A stretch of 64,000 nucleotides of DNA from Camelus dromedarius (lineage: Eukaryota): positions 61,630,001 through 61,694,000 of the forward strand of contig NC_087436.1 of the NCBI RefSeq assembly GCF_036321535.1, given 5' to 3'. Made by a program: the position numbers and the translations under genes. The notes beneath the pieces were generated by a model. That model had not been told where the DNA came from. It saw nothing but the letters and a program-made list of their open reading frames with translations, and did no database searches. Shown here piece by piece: positions 52,601 through 64,000 of this stretch; positions within the stretch are counted from its first letter, which is position 1; each line of letters begins with the position of its first letter.

Positions 52601-53389
52601 AAGGTTTCTGGGTATGTGCATGATGGGAGAGGGCAAGAGGTTAGAAAATTGGCTGTGTTAATATTTCTGTGTTGAATATTCAGAGGAATGCTAATGAACC
52701 TAACTCAAATATAATTACATATAGTCACAATCACCAGACTGTGAATTTCTAGAAAACTTTGCAAGAGAAACAGGGATTTTAACAGTTTTCTGCTGACAGT
52801 TTTTTAACAGATGGTTATTTGGTTAACCTGAAGCTCAGATTCCAGATGCTGCATTTTAAATAGACAAGAAGGCTGCTAATTGAGCAAAACCTTTAAGCTC
52901 CAATCTTTTTGACGAGGCAGAATAAGCCAGAGTTTACGTTTGAGGCCAAATCTATTCTCTTTGAGGCTCAGGATGGCATTCTCAATCTGTGCAATTTTCT
53001 GGCTGTGGTTGATATAAAATGAAGCAAGAATGCACTTTATACAACATAGTCAATATTCTGAATAAAATCAATGTTTTACGGTCACTATTAGATAAAGATT
53101 TATTTTTAGCTGTTGGTTATTTATTCTGACTTTTAATATGTATTCAGGGTGTTTCATTGCTAAAAATGATCACTTCTAATTAATATAATTGTTTCAAAAT
53201 CAAAGTCAGCTTTTTAAACAAGTGTCGGGTTATAGTTAAAATATTTTAAGCATTAAAACACCATTGAAGGAAAAAAGAAACTGGGGAGCTATCTCAGCTG
53301 TAAAACCGGAAGAAGATGGGAATATAGTGGAAATACTTTTGATAGGTCTATTCACATGGTTGTTTTAACATTTATCCCTAAAGATGATT

Positions 53390-53490
53390 TTATTTTTTAT
53401 CATTATTTTTAAATTTTTACTGAGGACTGAACCCAGGACCTCACACATACTAATAAGCATGTGCTCTACATCCAAACTATACCCACCCCC
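53390..53490 (-). mobile_element. tRNA-derived camelid SINE (Vic-1-like)
   Basis: Reverse strand ggggtgggtatag...gtagagcacatgc...gaggtcctgggttcagtcctcagt + A-rich tail; TSD ccctaaa(g/a)atgatt at 53376 and 53488. Confidence 0.85.
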
Positions 53491-54085
53491 TAAAAATGAT
53501 TAAATTGTGCTGTGCTTTATGGGGAGTATCTTACCCAAAATTTCATTCTGGATGATTTTGACTATTATAGGAGTGTGTTCAGCAGAAAATTGGAAAAAGC
53601 AGTGAGATCACACAGTAACTTGGCCATAGTAATATTTTCTGTGGTTTTGGAGAAAGGGGATGGAGACATGCACAGTGCCAGGACAAGGAAGCAGACAGTT
53701 AGCCCACTCTATGAACTGTGTCTCAGACTCCGCCTTCAGTGGTTTTATGTATCATTGAGCCTTAATTGTTTTTCATTGAGGCCATTTTAATAACATTCTA
53801 TCTGAACTCCTTGGCTTTTTCAGTCCATCTTTCACATCACCACAGCATTCTAATTATAGAATTTATCTTAAAAATACTGCAGACTTGTGAATGGTTCTAA
53901 AATAAATTCTGGAATGTGACACTAAAACCCAGACCCTTGTGATCTGGCACAGCCTCTCTTTGCAAACTTGGTTTCTCACTGATAGACTCCCACCACACCC
54001 CCATCTTCCAGTAATGTTGACAGGTTTTGTGACCCATTAACTTTTAATCCTGCCATGAGCTCAGGATAAGTTGCTCTCCCACACT

Positions 54086-54262
54086 CAAAACCAGGTAAAT
54101 AATTTGTGGGACCTAGTGCAAAATTAAAATGCAAGCTCCATTATTTAAAAATTATTATGTATTTCATGATCATTAAGTGGAACATCAAACCCAGTATGGA
54201 ACCCTTCCCAAGTCTGCCTTCTGTCATTGCACAAGTCACATGTCTATGAAGCTGTTGCTTTC
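54086..54262 (-). mobile_element. MER45A hAT-Tip100 MITE within L2 remnants
   Basis: ataatttgtgggacctagtgcaaaattaaaatgc...aaaaattatta...tgcacaagtcacatgtctatgaagc matches the reverse of the recalled MER45A consensus. Confidence 0.8.
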
Positions 54263-55413
54263 TGCACTTGTCATTGACCAAGATTTAATGTTTTAAGGTG
54301 TTAAATCATGTGTCTTTGTATGAGAAATCTTCCCCAGTCCTTTAAGTCAAAATGAACCATGTCTCCCAATTACTGTGCTCCAATAACCCATGTACGTAGT
54401 TTAATTTACCTAGTATTCATGTATATGTCAAGAATCTAAAGAAAGGGACTCAATCTTCATCCTCGATCTCTCTTCCTAACCTAGGTGTTTTATGCACAAC
54501 TGATGAGACAGAAATTATGTCTTAAAGTTTATGTGTCTTCATCAGGGGCCTCCAGAAAACCATGGAATTCATTGCACCAAAGCCTATTTATTTTCTGTGG
54601 TTTCCACAGCCTTGGGAATCTGTCCTGACAACAAATGAAATGCATCTATGTCAGTCAATAGGGAGCCTGTCATTTTCTGCCTTCCTTTCTCACAGTACCA
54701 TGGACTGGTTTGACACTATTTGTTTTTCTGGTGAGACAGTTGATGTTGTTAGAATGGTAGAAGGAGGAAACAAACATCAAGTCCTGTGGATAAATAAAAT
54801 AAATGTAGAAAACAAATATTGGATGGTTCTCAAAGGATGGATAAATCAGCAAATTAGCAGAAAGACTATTACTAATAATATTTATTTTAAAAACTATTTA
54901 TTTTCTATAAAATATATTTAATAGCATAATACATGCTGCAAAGGACAGTTTGCAAAATCTCAGATTTTATGTATACAATATTGGCATAGTTGGAAGTTTT
55001 GCCTAATTAAAATAAAAATAAATAAAATAAACTTCTTTTTTCTACAGAAGGGAATAATAACAATGAACACCAATGTGACCAAAATATTGAGGAGGCATTG
55101 ATTGGGACTTCCTTTCCCTTAAAATTTATTTCAAAAGATAAAGAGGACCTTTGACTTCAGTTGCTAAATTTCAAATTAAGTGGAAAATTATTAGAATTAT
55201 TATAATTATTAATTCCAGTTGCTGGATTATCATTTAGCCAGAGAATCTATATGAAGTTTATAATATTTGCCTTTTACAGTCCAGATTAATTACTCTTTAT
55301 TCTTTTTACATACCCCTTCGGATAGAGTTCTTTTGCTTCCATTCAGTGGTACATTTCTTTTGGTCATTTCTTCTACATTTAGCATAAGTTGCTGAGAAGA
55401 TGTTAAGGTGTCA

Positions 55414-55548
55414 AGGGTGACTATGCATCCTGGGCTCGTGCCTTTTCTTCTGTTGCTCTAACAGATTTATTAATAGTGTCCTCTTTCATTCTCATTTCAC
55501 AGAGCTTTACTCTTACCCAGTTTAGATGATAAACTATTTGGTCACTCT
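55414..55548 (-). mobile_element. MER94 hAT-Blackjack MITE
   Basis: TIRs agggtgacta / tggtcactct; internal ttattaatagtgtcctctttcattctca and ccagtttagatgataaa. Confidence 0.8.
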
Positions 55549-58500
55549 GGTATTACCTAATCCAAAAAGAAATTTATTTTCACCCTAAAGAGATGAAGAT
55601 TTAATGGTAAATTTTTAGATACCAAGCACTGGTTGGAAAGAATCAGGGATATAGCAGGTTGAGGGTGAGTGATGAGTGAGAGAGGGGGCTATACTCTTGT
55701 AGCCCTGAAATCATATAACTCAGTCTAATTTACTTTAAATTAATAACAAGTCCTCTAGGAAAACCTCTTAGATGTTGCACTGCTGTAGCAGACTAAAAAT
55801 CTCAGATGTCTAGGTATTTCATTGAAGGCAAAGATGTAAGGATTTGCAGCATGGGTGTCAGTGTGGATTCAAGGCTTAATGGACCACCGTTGGGTTTCTT
55901 AAGTAAAGTAAGTTTTTTATACATGCTAAAATGATACACATGCTAAAGATAAGGTACTCTAGATTCTTACTACTTAGAACAATGCCAATTTAAATTTTTA
56001 GTATTTTTTGTTATTAGGGTACATTATGTTACATAATACAGGATGTCTGGCTATTTGACTTCCTACGAGAATGATCCCAAATCTGTCTCACGATTTTGTT
56101 TGTGTTTTTTTTAAACAGGAATCTGATTTATAGAAAACTAACAGGAAGAAGGGAAACTCGAGAAAGAAGAATGAAATAGATACAGTGAGAGATAGAGGGT
56201 CTGCTAAAAAGGTGTGTCTGGGAATAACTTTCCTGGAAAGATTGGATATCAAAAGGCAATCCTTCCCTTCCCAGTGGCATTCTGATGGGCTTGCATGCTG
56301 AACACACAATGTGATTGTGTGTTGTTTTTTTTTTAAAGTAGCAGCTCCCACGATAACAACAACCCAAAGGAAAATATTTTGTAAATGTTTATGTAAAATT
56401 TTAGACTCCGATAGAAGAGTAGCAAACTCTATTTCAGGAACTTGGGTCCTGGATTCATTTTATAGAAGCAAATTTATTCACAGCTCTTCATCCTCAAGGG
56501 TAAAAAGGGAAATGTGACAGCTCTCTCTATTTTCTTCAGAAAGTTGTTTTATGGGTTAGTAAGGCAAAGTTATTGGAGTGTTTTGAGCATTTAATATGAG
56601 CTATATAAATGTAGATTATAATGAGGGTAGGAAGAAAAATTAGTTTACAGCATAGTGAGAAAGTTAATGAATTCAGCAGAAGCAACCCATTATGCAGAGA
56701 CATCTAGGAGGAGTCAAAAGAAACTGTTTACTCCTATTTGCAAAATGACCTTGAAAATTCATTACCTGACCTCACTATATGCATCGATAAATTTTGTGGT
56801 ATTTAGAAGAGTCTGAGGGAAATGAGGCATTACCAGGATGCTGGCAGTGTTTACAAGGTCTGCAACAGTAGGACAAATGTTTTCATTGTGTGTAGGGTCT
56901 GTGTTGTACCACAGTTTAATTAGGTTTGGTCTGATTTCATTTTCAATTAAAGTGATCGGCTTAATTCACTTTTCTTCCAGTTACTAACAAGGTAAATTTG
57001 ATAATATTTCAGCCTTATTAAGAGGGTGTCCTTGTTCCTTGTAACTTTTTAGGATATAATTTTATTTTTCCAGTTTACTAAATGTGAATATAATTCTTGC
57101 CTTGTTGTAGATAAGCAGCCAAGCTCAAGTTGGTCAGTCTTTACTGAGGGTCTGACGTGTGTCAGTATAAGGGAGAAAGCAAGAGGAAATACATGAAAGA
57201 ACTTGCTGGGTTTGGAGTAGGAAGTTCAGGATGACAAAATCATAAAGTGCTTGAGAGATACAGAAGTTGACGCTATGTAGGGTGGTTGGCAACGGATTGT
57301 AGAGGGCTGTGGATGTTACTTCCTGGAGTTCTTATTTTATCTTTAGATGATGGAAAAACAAGTACGAAAATAATCAGAAATATGATTTTAAAAAGTCAGT
57401 TTATTGGTAATATATAAGAGAATGTGCCTATCCCCATGTCTCTTCATGCTGAGATATGAATGGTTAAACAACATGTCTGTAATCTATTTACTGACTTTGA
57501 GGCAAATGGGCATAGGGGGTGAGCAGGACACATCTGAGGTGGAAAGGGGGAGGGACGGAGTGACTAGGCCTGATCTCCTTATGTACAAACTAATGACAGG
57601 CTGCCAAGCAAACTAAATCATCTTTTTTACCACATGTCACCTATCTATGGAATGTTTTTAATGAGATGTACCTCGTTGTCTGGGATTGTTCAGAGTAAAA
57701 CATACATGGAATCTATGGATTAATGGAGTTTGGCTCTTTGGAAATGTCACTTAAAGTGTGAAATTATTTTATTATAAAATGAAGCTGTTTTACAACCCAA
57801 ACATTGCCTTCTATGTAAGTGAGGCAACTACGTAGTTATTCAGAAACCTTGTCTGTTAAACTGGGCCACACCATGCTGGGGTGTGTGGTATGCTGGCACA
57901 GAGGACCTGGGTAGCTGTGGTGGGGGCCCCAGAACACTTACTGCTTGTATTCTTGAAACTATTAGTAAGAGTTGATACTGGCTAAAATCTCGATGCCTGT
58001 GAATCAATTTTGTAATGTTTTGTACTATCTCTGGTAATACAAAATACTCATGAATATTCAAAAAAGAAAGATTTTCAACAGTATTGGAGTTACACAATCA
58101 GAGAAAGAGTTTAATTGATCAAACCAGTCTGTCCTAAGTACTCTCCAGCCTTTCCCTTAGTTCTTTTCCTTTTATAGCTACATGAGGATAGCAGCATATC
58201 TAGGTAGGGGTGAGGAAAATAACAAGTACATTTCAAGATGTATGGCCAGCATGTGTTGTACCTGGCAGGGGAAGGGAGCAAGACAGAGATGGAGGGATTC
58301 CTATCAGCATTTTAAAGTGGGGGGCAGCTGTCTTTCAGGTGTTGTATCTGTCCAAAGGAAAAATATATCTGTTTCAGGTCAATCTAGGGAACATGATTGT
58401 TGGGATGCATCAGACAGATACATAGATGGATAGATATATAGTCAAGAACAGCCAGGATGTAGGAGAATGTGATATAATGATAGTCAAGAGATGGACATAC

Positions 58501-59199
58501 TGATTCTCTTAAGCAAATAAGTTCCGAGTAATTTTCATAAAGTTAATTTCAGTTGAAATTTTTCATGTATTTGTATGACTCTTTGATTACTATTTGTTTC
58601 AACCTCTGGACCCATGTCTTTTTTGTGTGCCTAATAAAATGTACAGTGAATGCTACACAGTAGAAACTCAATATATATTTGTTGAATGAAAAATGCATTT
58701 GTTGAATAAATTATTGGTCAACTTGGTCAAATGCAGTTTAAATGTGAAATAAGATAACAGAAAATGATTCAATGAATTTTGCAGTATGGAGGTAGCTGGT
58801 GATTCTAACTAGTGGTGAGTCTGAAATTCTGCAGTTTCCATATTTAATAAGAGGTGGGTGTGAGGATACTGCATATATAATCAATTTATTTGAGTAGTTT
58901 GACTGTGAACTGGCAGCAAATAAATGGAGGCAACAGATGGGGTCAAGTTAGAACTTAATAAACTAAGAATGATGAGACGAAAGAACAAAATTCTTAATCT
59001 TTCCCCCAAACCTTTATCAAACTCTAACATAGTTTTGCCTAGAATACTACAGAAGTTATTTTTAAGTGATCTTTCCATAATTCCTTCTGGAATATGGTCT
59101 GACATTTCTGATGGAGTGATTTTGCCACCTCCCTGTGTAAAACCCTCTGATAAGTTCTAATTAACCTTAGGATATATACAGATTTCCTAAACATGCCCA

Positions 59200-59647
59200 T
59201 AAAGTTTTGCATCCTCTAATTGCTTCCTACCTCTTAGCTCAGTTTCTCTGATTTTCCTCTTATTTTCCTTGCTCTAGTAAGATTGGCCATTTTTTAGCCT
59301 TAGAATATTTTTTTTCTTTTTTTTTCCTTTCTATAACTTATTTCTCTTTTCTCTTGGTCGAATTAATATACAGATACTCCATACATCAGCTGAAGTCTAC
59401 TTCATTAGGGACTTCTCCCCTGATTTCTTTGAAGAGCTCTCATTGCATTATTTGGTTATTCTATAGCAGTTAACACACTTATGAGTTAATGTTTACTAGT
59501 GTGATTGATTAATGTCTTGGTCTCCCAGCATTCTGGAAGCTCTCTGAGTGGAGAGATTATGTCTCTCTGTGGCCGCTGTAGTATTTCCTAGCATGGTATA
59601 TAGCAAAGAATAAGTGCTCAGTAAAGATATTTTGACTGAATAAATGA
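59200..59647 (+). mobile_element. L2 3' end
   Basis: cctagcatggtatatagcaaagaataagtgctcagtaaagatattttgactgaataaatga. Confidence 0.7.
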
Positions 59648-62041
59648 TCAGCATTCCTTTAAAAGCGAATGAGGGACAGATTCTAAAACACTTGTACAAG
59701 AATTGGACTTCCTCAAAAAAAGATTCACCTTGTCAGTTGTAAGAGGAGGAAAGAAAAATATGAAGGTAGATGAAAATTATTGTGTAGCTTTACGGTTGGA
59801 AGACAATGACATTCTTGTCTAATGATTTCTCTTAGTATAAGGCAGTCAAATGTACTAAACTCATGGGATGTGGGGAATTTCTGGAGAGAAAGTAATGTAT
59901 GAAACAATCATCTTATAAAAGGGAAAGGTTTAACTTCCTTGACACCTGAAGTAGGAGTGAAGATATAAACATTCTTCTTACCAGATTGGATGTTCTCTGT
60001 TTCAATCTTTTGCCCCCAGCCAGCTTTTCATCTACAGCATTTTAAATGGCTGATTAATCTTAACTTGGTTTCACTCCTGCCTTTCTTCCTTATTGCTTAT
60101 TTTCAGTATTCTTTCTTTAGATGTCAGGCATTTATGCAACTACCACTGTTTTGTTATATAGCTCTCATATCCCTGATCCCAAATCTAAATTTGGTTTTCT
60201 AACCGCTTTGTAGAAGAAACAAGCTTCATGTTTTCATCAGAAAAGAATCTGTTAAAATAACAGTTCCTTTTCATAAACAGGACTATAATGGGAAAACAAA
60301 GTCAAAAAGTCTTAAGGCTTTTTGATTACCAAACAGTGGAATTACAGACTAAATTTAGGTAGAGAACAGATAGTAAGTTAATTACCATATTGTTGGTGGG
60401 ATAGCAAATTCAAGTATGTAAATTTCATTTCCTATTAAGAATGTTTCTAACAAATTCAGTTTTCTATCAGAAAGGTAGTAAGTAAACAAATTTTCCCATA
60501 AAAACTTGTAAGAAAAATTGTAGCAAAAAGAAAAAAAACCTATAGGAAATTTAAAAATAAAGCAGAAATAAAAAGAGTAGAATATTACAGGTTTTTTTTT
60601 TTTCTTACAGCGAATAGCCCCCAATTCTGTTTCATTATGATGAGATAGAATTTGTATTAGTATAAAGGGGACCCGAACCCCACAAGATGTATGCAGTTTA
60701 TTCGTTGTGTCTTTATGGTAACTGGTATGTAAATGGTCTCCAGATAACTCCTTTATTTTCTTAACAAAGGATAATGAGTAGTTCAGTAGTTTGTATTTTC
60801 AACTGTGCTTATGAAAATAATCTTTCTTTCTTAATCTTCTTGATTATGAAAAATGTCAAGGTTTCTCATTAAATACTCTCTTTACTTTGGCTTACTGTTT
60901 TCAAAAACAATTTTAACTAACTTTGAAAAAAACATTTTGGGACATACACACATAATACATGTGCATTTTTTCTCCCCATATTGACACCATCTTAAAACCC
61001 TAAGAATTCCCATTATTTTTGTTTTCTCACTCTTCTCCAACTCTTGTTTCCAAATATATGTTGTGAATTTCTTTTCTGACATTCTGAGAGATGAACTTCT
61101 TTGCATTTGTTTGAAAAGTGTATCTTAAAGGGCATTTCCTCAGCATTATTGATACATGTAAACAAATTCTTATTGTCAGTATTGTTATGAAACCTCGCAT
61201 AATTTTATTTTCCAAGATTCCTATTACATTACAGCTGCAGAAGATTGTTCTCAATTTTTGTCTTGTTCTGCTCTGTTAGTTTCCTTTCTTTCCCTATGGC
61301 ATACATCCTCATCTTTCACTGGCTAGGATAAAAGTAGAAATCATATTGTTATATATAATCATTGCTCTAATAGCTACAATAGCCTATTGTAGTTAGGTCT
61401 AGAAAAATAGGTATATTCTTGCTGATTTATTTTAATATCTAAAACACATGTTTTATTTACTTAATAAATTTGGAAATCACATGCATTGAAAATATCATTG
61501 CCTCAGACTTAGTTTCAGGTATATCTTAGAGTTTGCATTATTTCCTTTGAGAAGCATCCAAGAAATGGCATGGCTGGAATATTGTATTTTCTGTATCAAG
61601 TGTTACAGAAACACCTTTATAGCCATGAATTAGCAGATACCCTACAAATAAAACAAGCCTCCTTATGATTCATCACACCTACTTTCATTAAGTTAATGGA
61701 TTACTAAGGACTTGAATGGTTTTGAGTGCAGAATAGGTACTTCAAAACACTTGTTAGTAATGTAGAAAAACTGTTATTAGCAGCACATATCAATCCAAAG
61801 ATAAAAATTGCTAATGGATACCTTTGCTAATGAGTTTTGGAGGATTTATAATATACGTTAATACACCCTGGAAAGAATAAATCTTGAATGCACTTCTCTC
61901 ACACATTATTCTAGGTGAAAGACCTAGATTTCCCAATTAGGTTCAATCTTAGTCCTAGTCCTAAAGGATGGGAAATCCTCTTTGGTCTAGAATGGCAAAT
62001 CTTCTTAATCTTACAGGTGAAGTTAAATGATGTACCACAAT

Positions 62042-62197
62042 GGGGAGGGTGTAGCTCAGTGGTAGAGTGCATGCCTAGCATGCACAAGGTCCTGGGTTTA
62101 ATTCCCAGTACCTTTGTTAAAAAAAAAATTGATAAATAAACCTAATTACTGCCCCCTCTTCAAAAAATTTAAAAAAAATAAGCAAAGTAACTTAAAA
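62042..62197 (+). mobile_element. tRNA-derived camelid SINE (Vic-1-like)
   Basis: ggggagggtgtagctcagtggtagag (A box)...ggtcctgggtttaattccc (B box), A tract, aataaacctaattac..cccc segment, second A tail; degenerate ~15-bp TSD preceded by TT/AAA. Confidence 0.92.
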
Positions 62198-64000
62198 AAA
62201 TGACATGCCATGGATTACAAAAGAAAATTGAAATTCCATGGCAACTTTTTATTGTTATGAATAGATGTCCTCAGTATCTTTTACTAGGTCTCATCTATGA
62301 AGGAGACTTACAAAATATTATACACTCACTCTTTATGCATTAATTAGTGTGCATTTATTGGTATCGTTTGGATATGATATTTGTATGATGGTAAATAAAT
62401 GATGTCTTTCTCTGGTAGAGAAGAGGGTACCAGTAATCATTTCATCTTGTTTCTTGACCTTTCATGTGATGGGGGATGACTAAGGCCTTACTTCTTCATA
62501 AGAACAATTACCCATATGCACTTGGAATGCACTTCTGTAAACAGTGCAGTCAGAAACATGCATAGTGAAAAGCAAAATCTTTTAATTGAAGAGAAGTGGG
62601 TTAGGAAAAGTCCTTTTCATGTGCCATCTATTGAAGAACCCATTTGAGAATGTCTTAGTGGTTTGGAAGCAATTTATAACACTTGAGGTATGTTGGGCCA
62701 ATATTTGGAGACTGACTGTTGGTTGCAATTAGATTCACAAGTGCGAAGTTCATGTGGAATCCAAGGGGATGGTGAAATAGGTAAGCTAATCTCTGTTTCT
62801 AATGTCAAGTATAAGAAATGGATAAACAATATAAAAAAAATTCAATAGTATCCCAATCAGCTATCAGTATTGAATTTGGAATGTCATTCAAGACTTTCCG
62901 TGGTTTGGAATCTATTTCCCTTTATACCTTGTCTTTTATCATTCTGATTAATTCCCTCTTGCTTTAACCTAACTGTGCAATCCCAAAATGTGCCCTGTAC
63001 TTTATATCTCTAATTCTTTTGTTGTTACTTTCCTCTTGAAAAACTTTCCCACATCTCTGCATGGCAGAATGCACCTTCTCCACAATTGGTTCCAAGAAGT
63101 CCCAACTTTAAAAATATCAGTTTGCCTTAGGTTAAAATTTGCAAATAGTCTTTTAAAAAATCTTGATTATGTGGACAGTATATTTCCTATTTGTGTTGCA
63201 CTATCTGATTTGACAGTAGTTTTAATGAAGATGCTAAAATGGAGAAGAATTGGCTTTTGGAATGACAGAGATAATTATCTTGTTTAAACAAACATATGCA
63301 CAATAACATCACAACTTCTGTGTTGTTGAATGCTTGGTTTGAAGATTAATTTTGTTGTCAAGGCATTAAACTTTTTTTGTAATTTAAGACAAGTTAGGTA
63401 CTGGCTTTTGAATCTGAAGTGTCTGTTGAAATTGTTACGTAGAAATAACCTCTAAATCCACCCCCCAACTTTTTTTTTACAAGTTGATGTTTCTTTGTTC
63501 TTTCTTTATTGTGTTTTAATTGGTTATTTCTTATGGCAAAGTAATTTCAGATATTTTGTAGTTGTTCCTCATATGCAACAGAATGTACCAACTGTGGAAA
63601 CAAATAGATCCAGCCCTTTTAGGATAGAACAGATATTGTGAAACCTCAGTGGTCAAAGACCTGATGACTAACTGTGCCAGTATTGGAATAATAACTGCTG
63701 TAATTTATTAAATCTATTTCAAAATATGTATATGAGTATATACAAAAGTCAACTTTACATTGTATAATGAATACATTAATATGAATGAGTGAAGAGATTA
63801 TTGGATAAAATCTCAATTTATCTATCCAAAATGTTTACCTTAAAAATGAGACTGGGAATTGTCATTGGACAAAGGGAATTGCTGATGTTGGCCAAAGTTC
63901 ATGTTATATTCAACAAGACTGCTTTCATGGAAAACAACTGAACCATCAATCAAAAATCATGTCAGAATGTGGGATACAGTATAAATTTAGACATACATGA

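Noticed and set aside
56120..56211. Purine-rich exon-like segment after tttttaaacag
   Set aside because: Stops in all three frames and a weak donor (gtgtgt).
60611..60688. Exon-like segment after a strong acceptor (poly-T cttacag) with a gtatgc donor
   Set aside because: Stops in all three frames and a weak donor; at most a non-coding exon, which sequence alone cannot support.
62042..62112. tRNA-like gene
   Set aside because: A and B boxes are present, but the A tail, TSD and a second diverged copy at 53390-53490 identify a SINE.
1..64000. CRISPR array, operon or prokaryotic defence system
   Set aside because: The sequence is mammalian repeat-rich DNA with no repeat-spacer arrays or long intact ORFs.

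Overview
AT-rich, CpG-poor mammalian genomic DNA, most likely camelid (camel/alpaca), judged from two Vic-1-type tRNA-derived SINEs and cetartiodactyl-type L1 3' ends. I find no credible host protein-coding exon, RNA gene or CRISPR array: every ORF with a recognisable product is a decayed LINE-1 or pogo transposase fragment. The window is an intronic or intergenic mosaic of nested transposable elements: two young 5'-truncated L1s, several old L1s, three ERV1-class solo LTRs with TG..CA ends and 4-bp TSDs, MaLR/MLT and ERVL pieces, DNA transposon relics (MER6/Tigger17-like, MER53, MER45A, MER94), MIR and L2. Repeat-poor unique blocks lie at about 26.3-32.9, 45.4-49.1 and 55.6-64 kb. The most interesting item is a ~150-bp polyadenylated, TSD-flanked copy of an LTR R region (43913-44061) whose related solo LTR sits in the same window (2798-3390); it points to L1-mediated retroposition of an ERV/LTR transcript. 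Weaker candidates are a 9-nt microexon and a homeobox-motif-rich enhancer-like block. Family names come from recalled consensus sequences, not from a database search, and the edges of old repeats are approximate.
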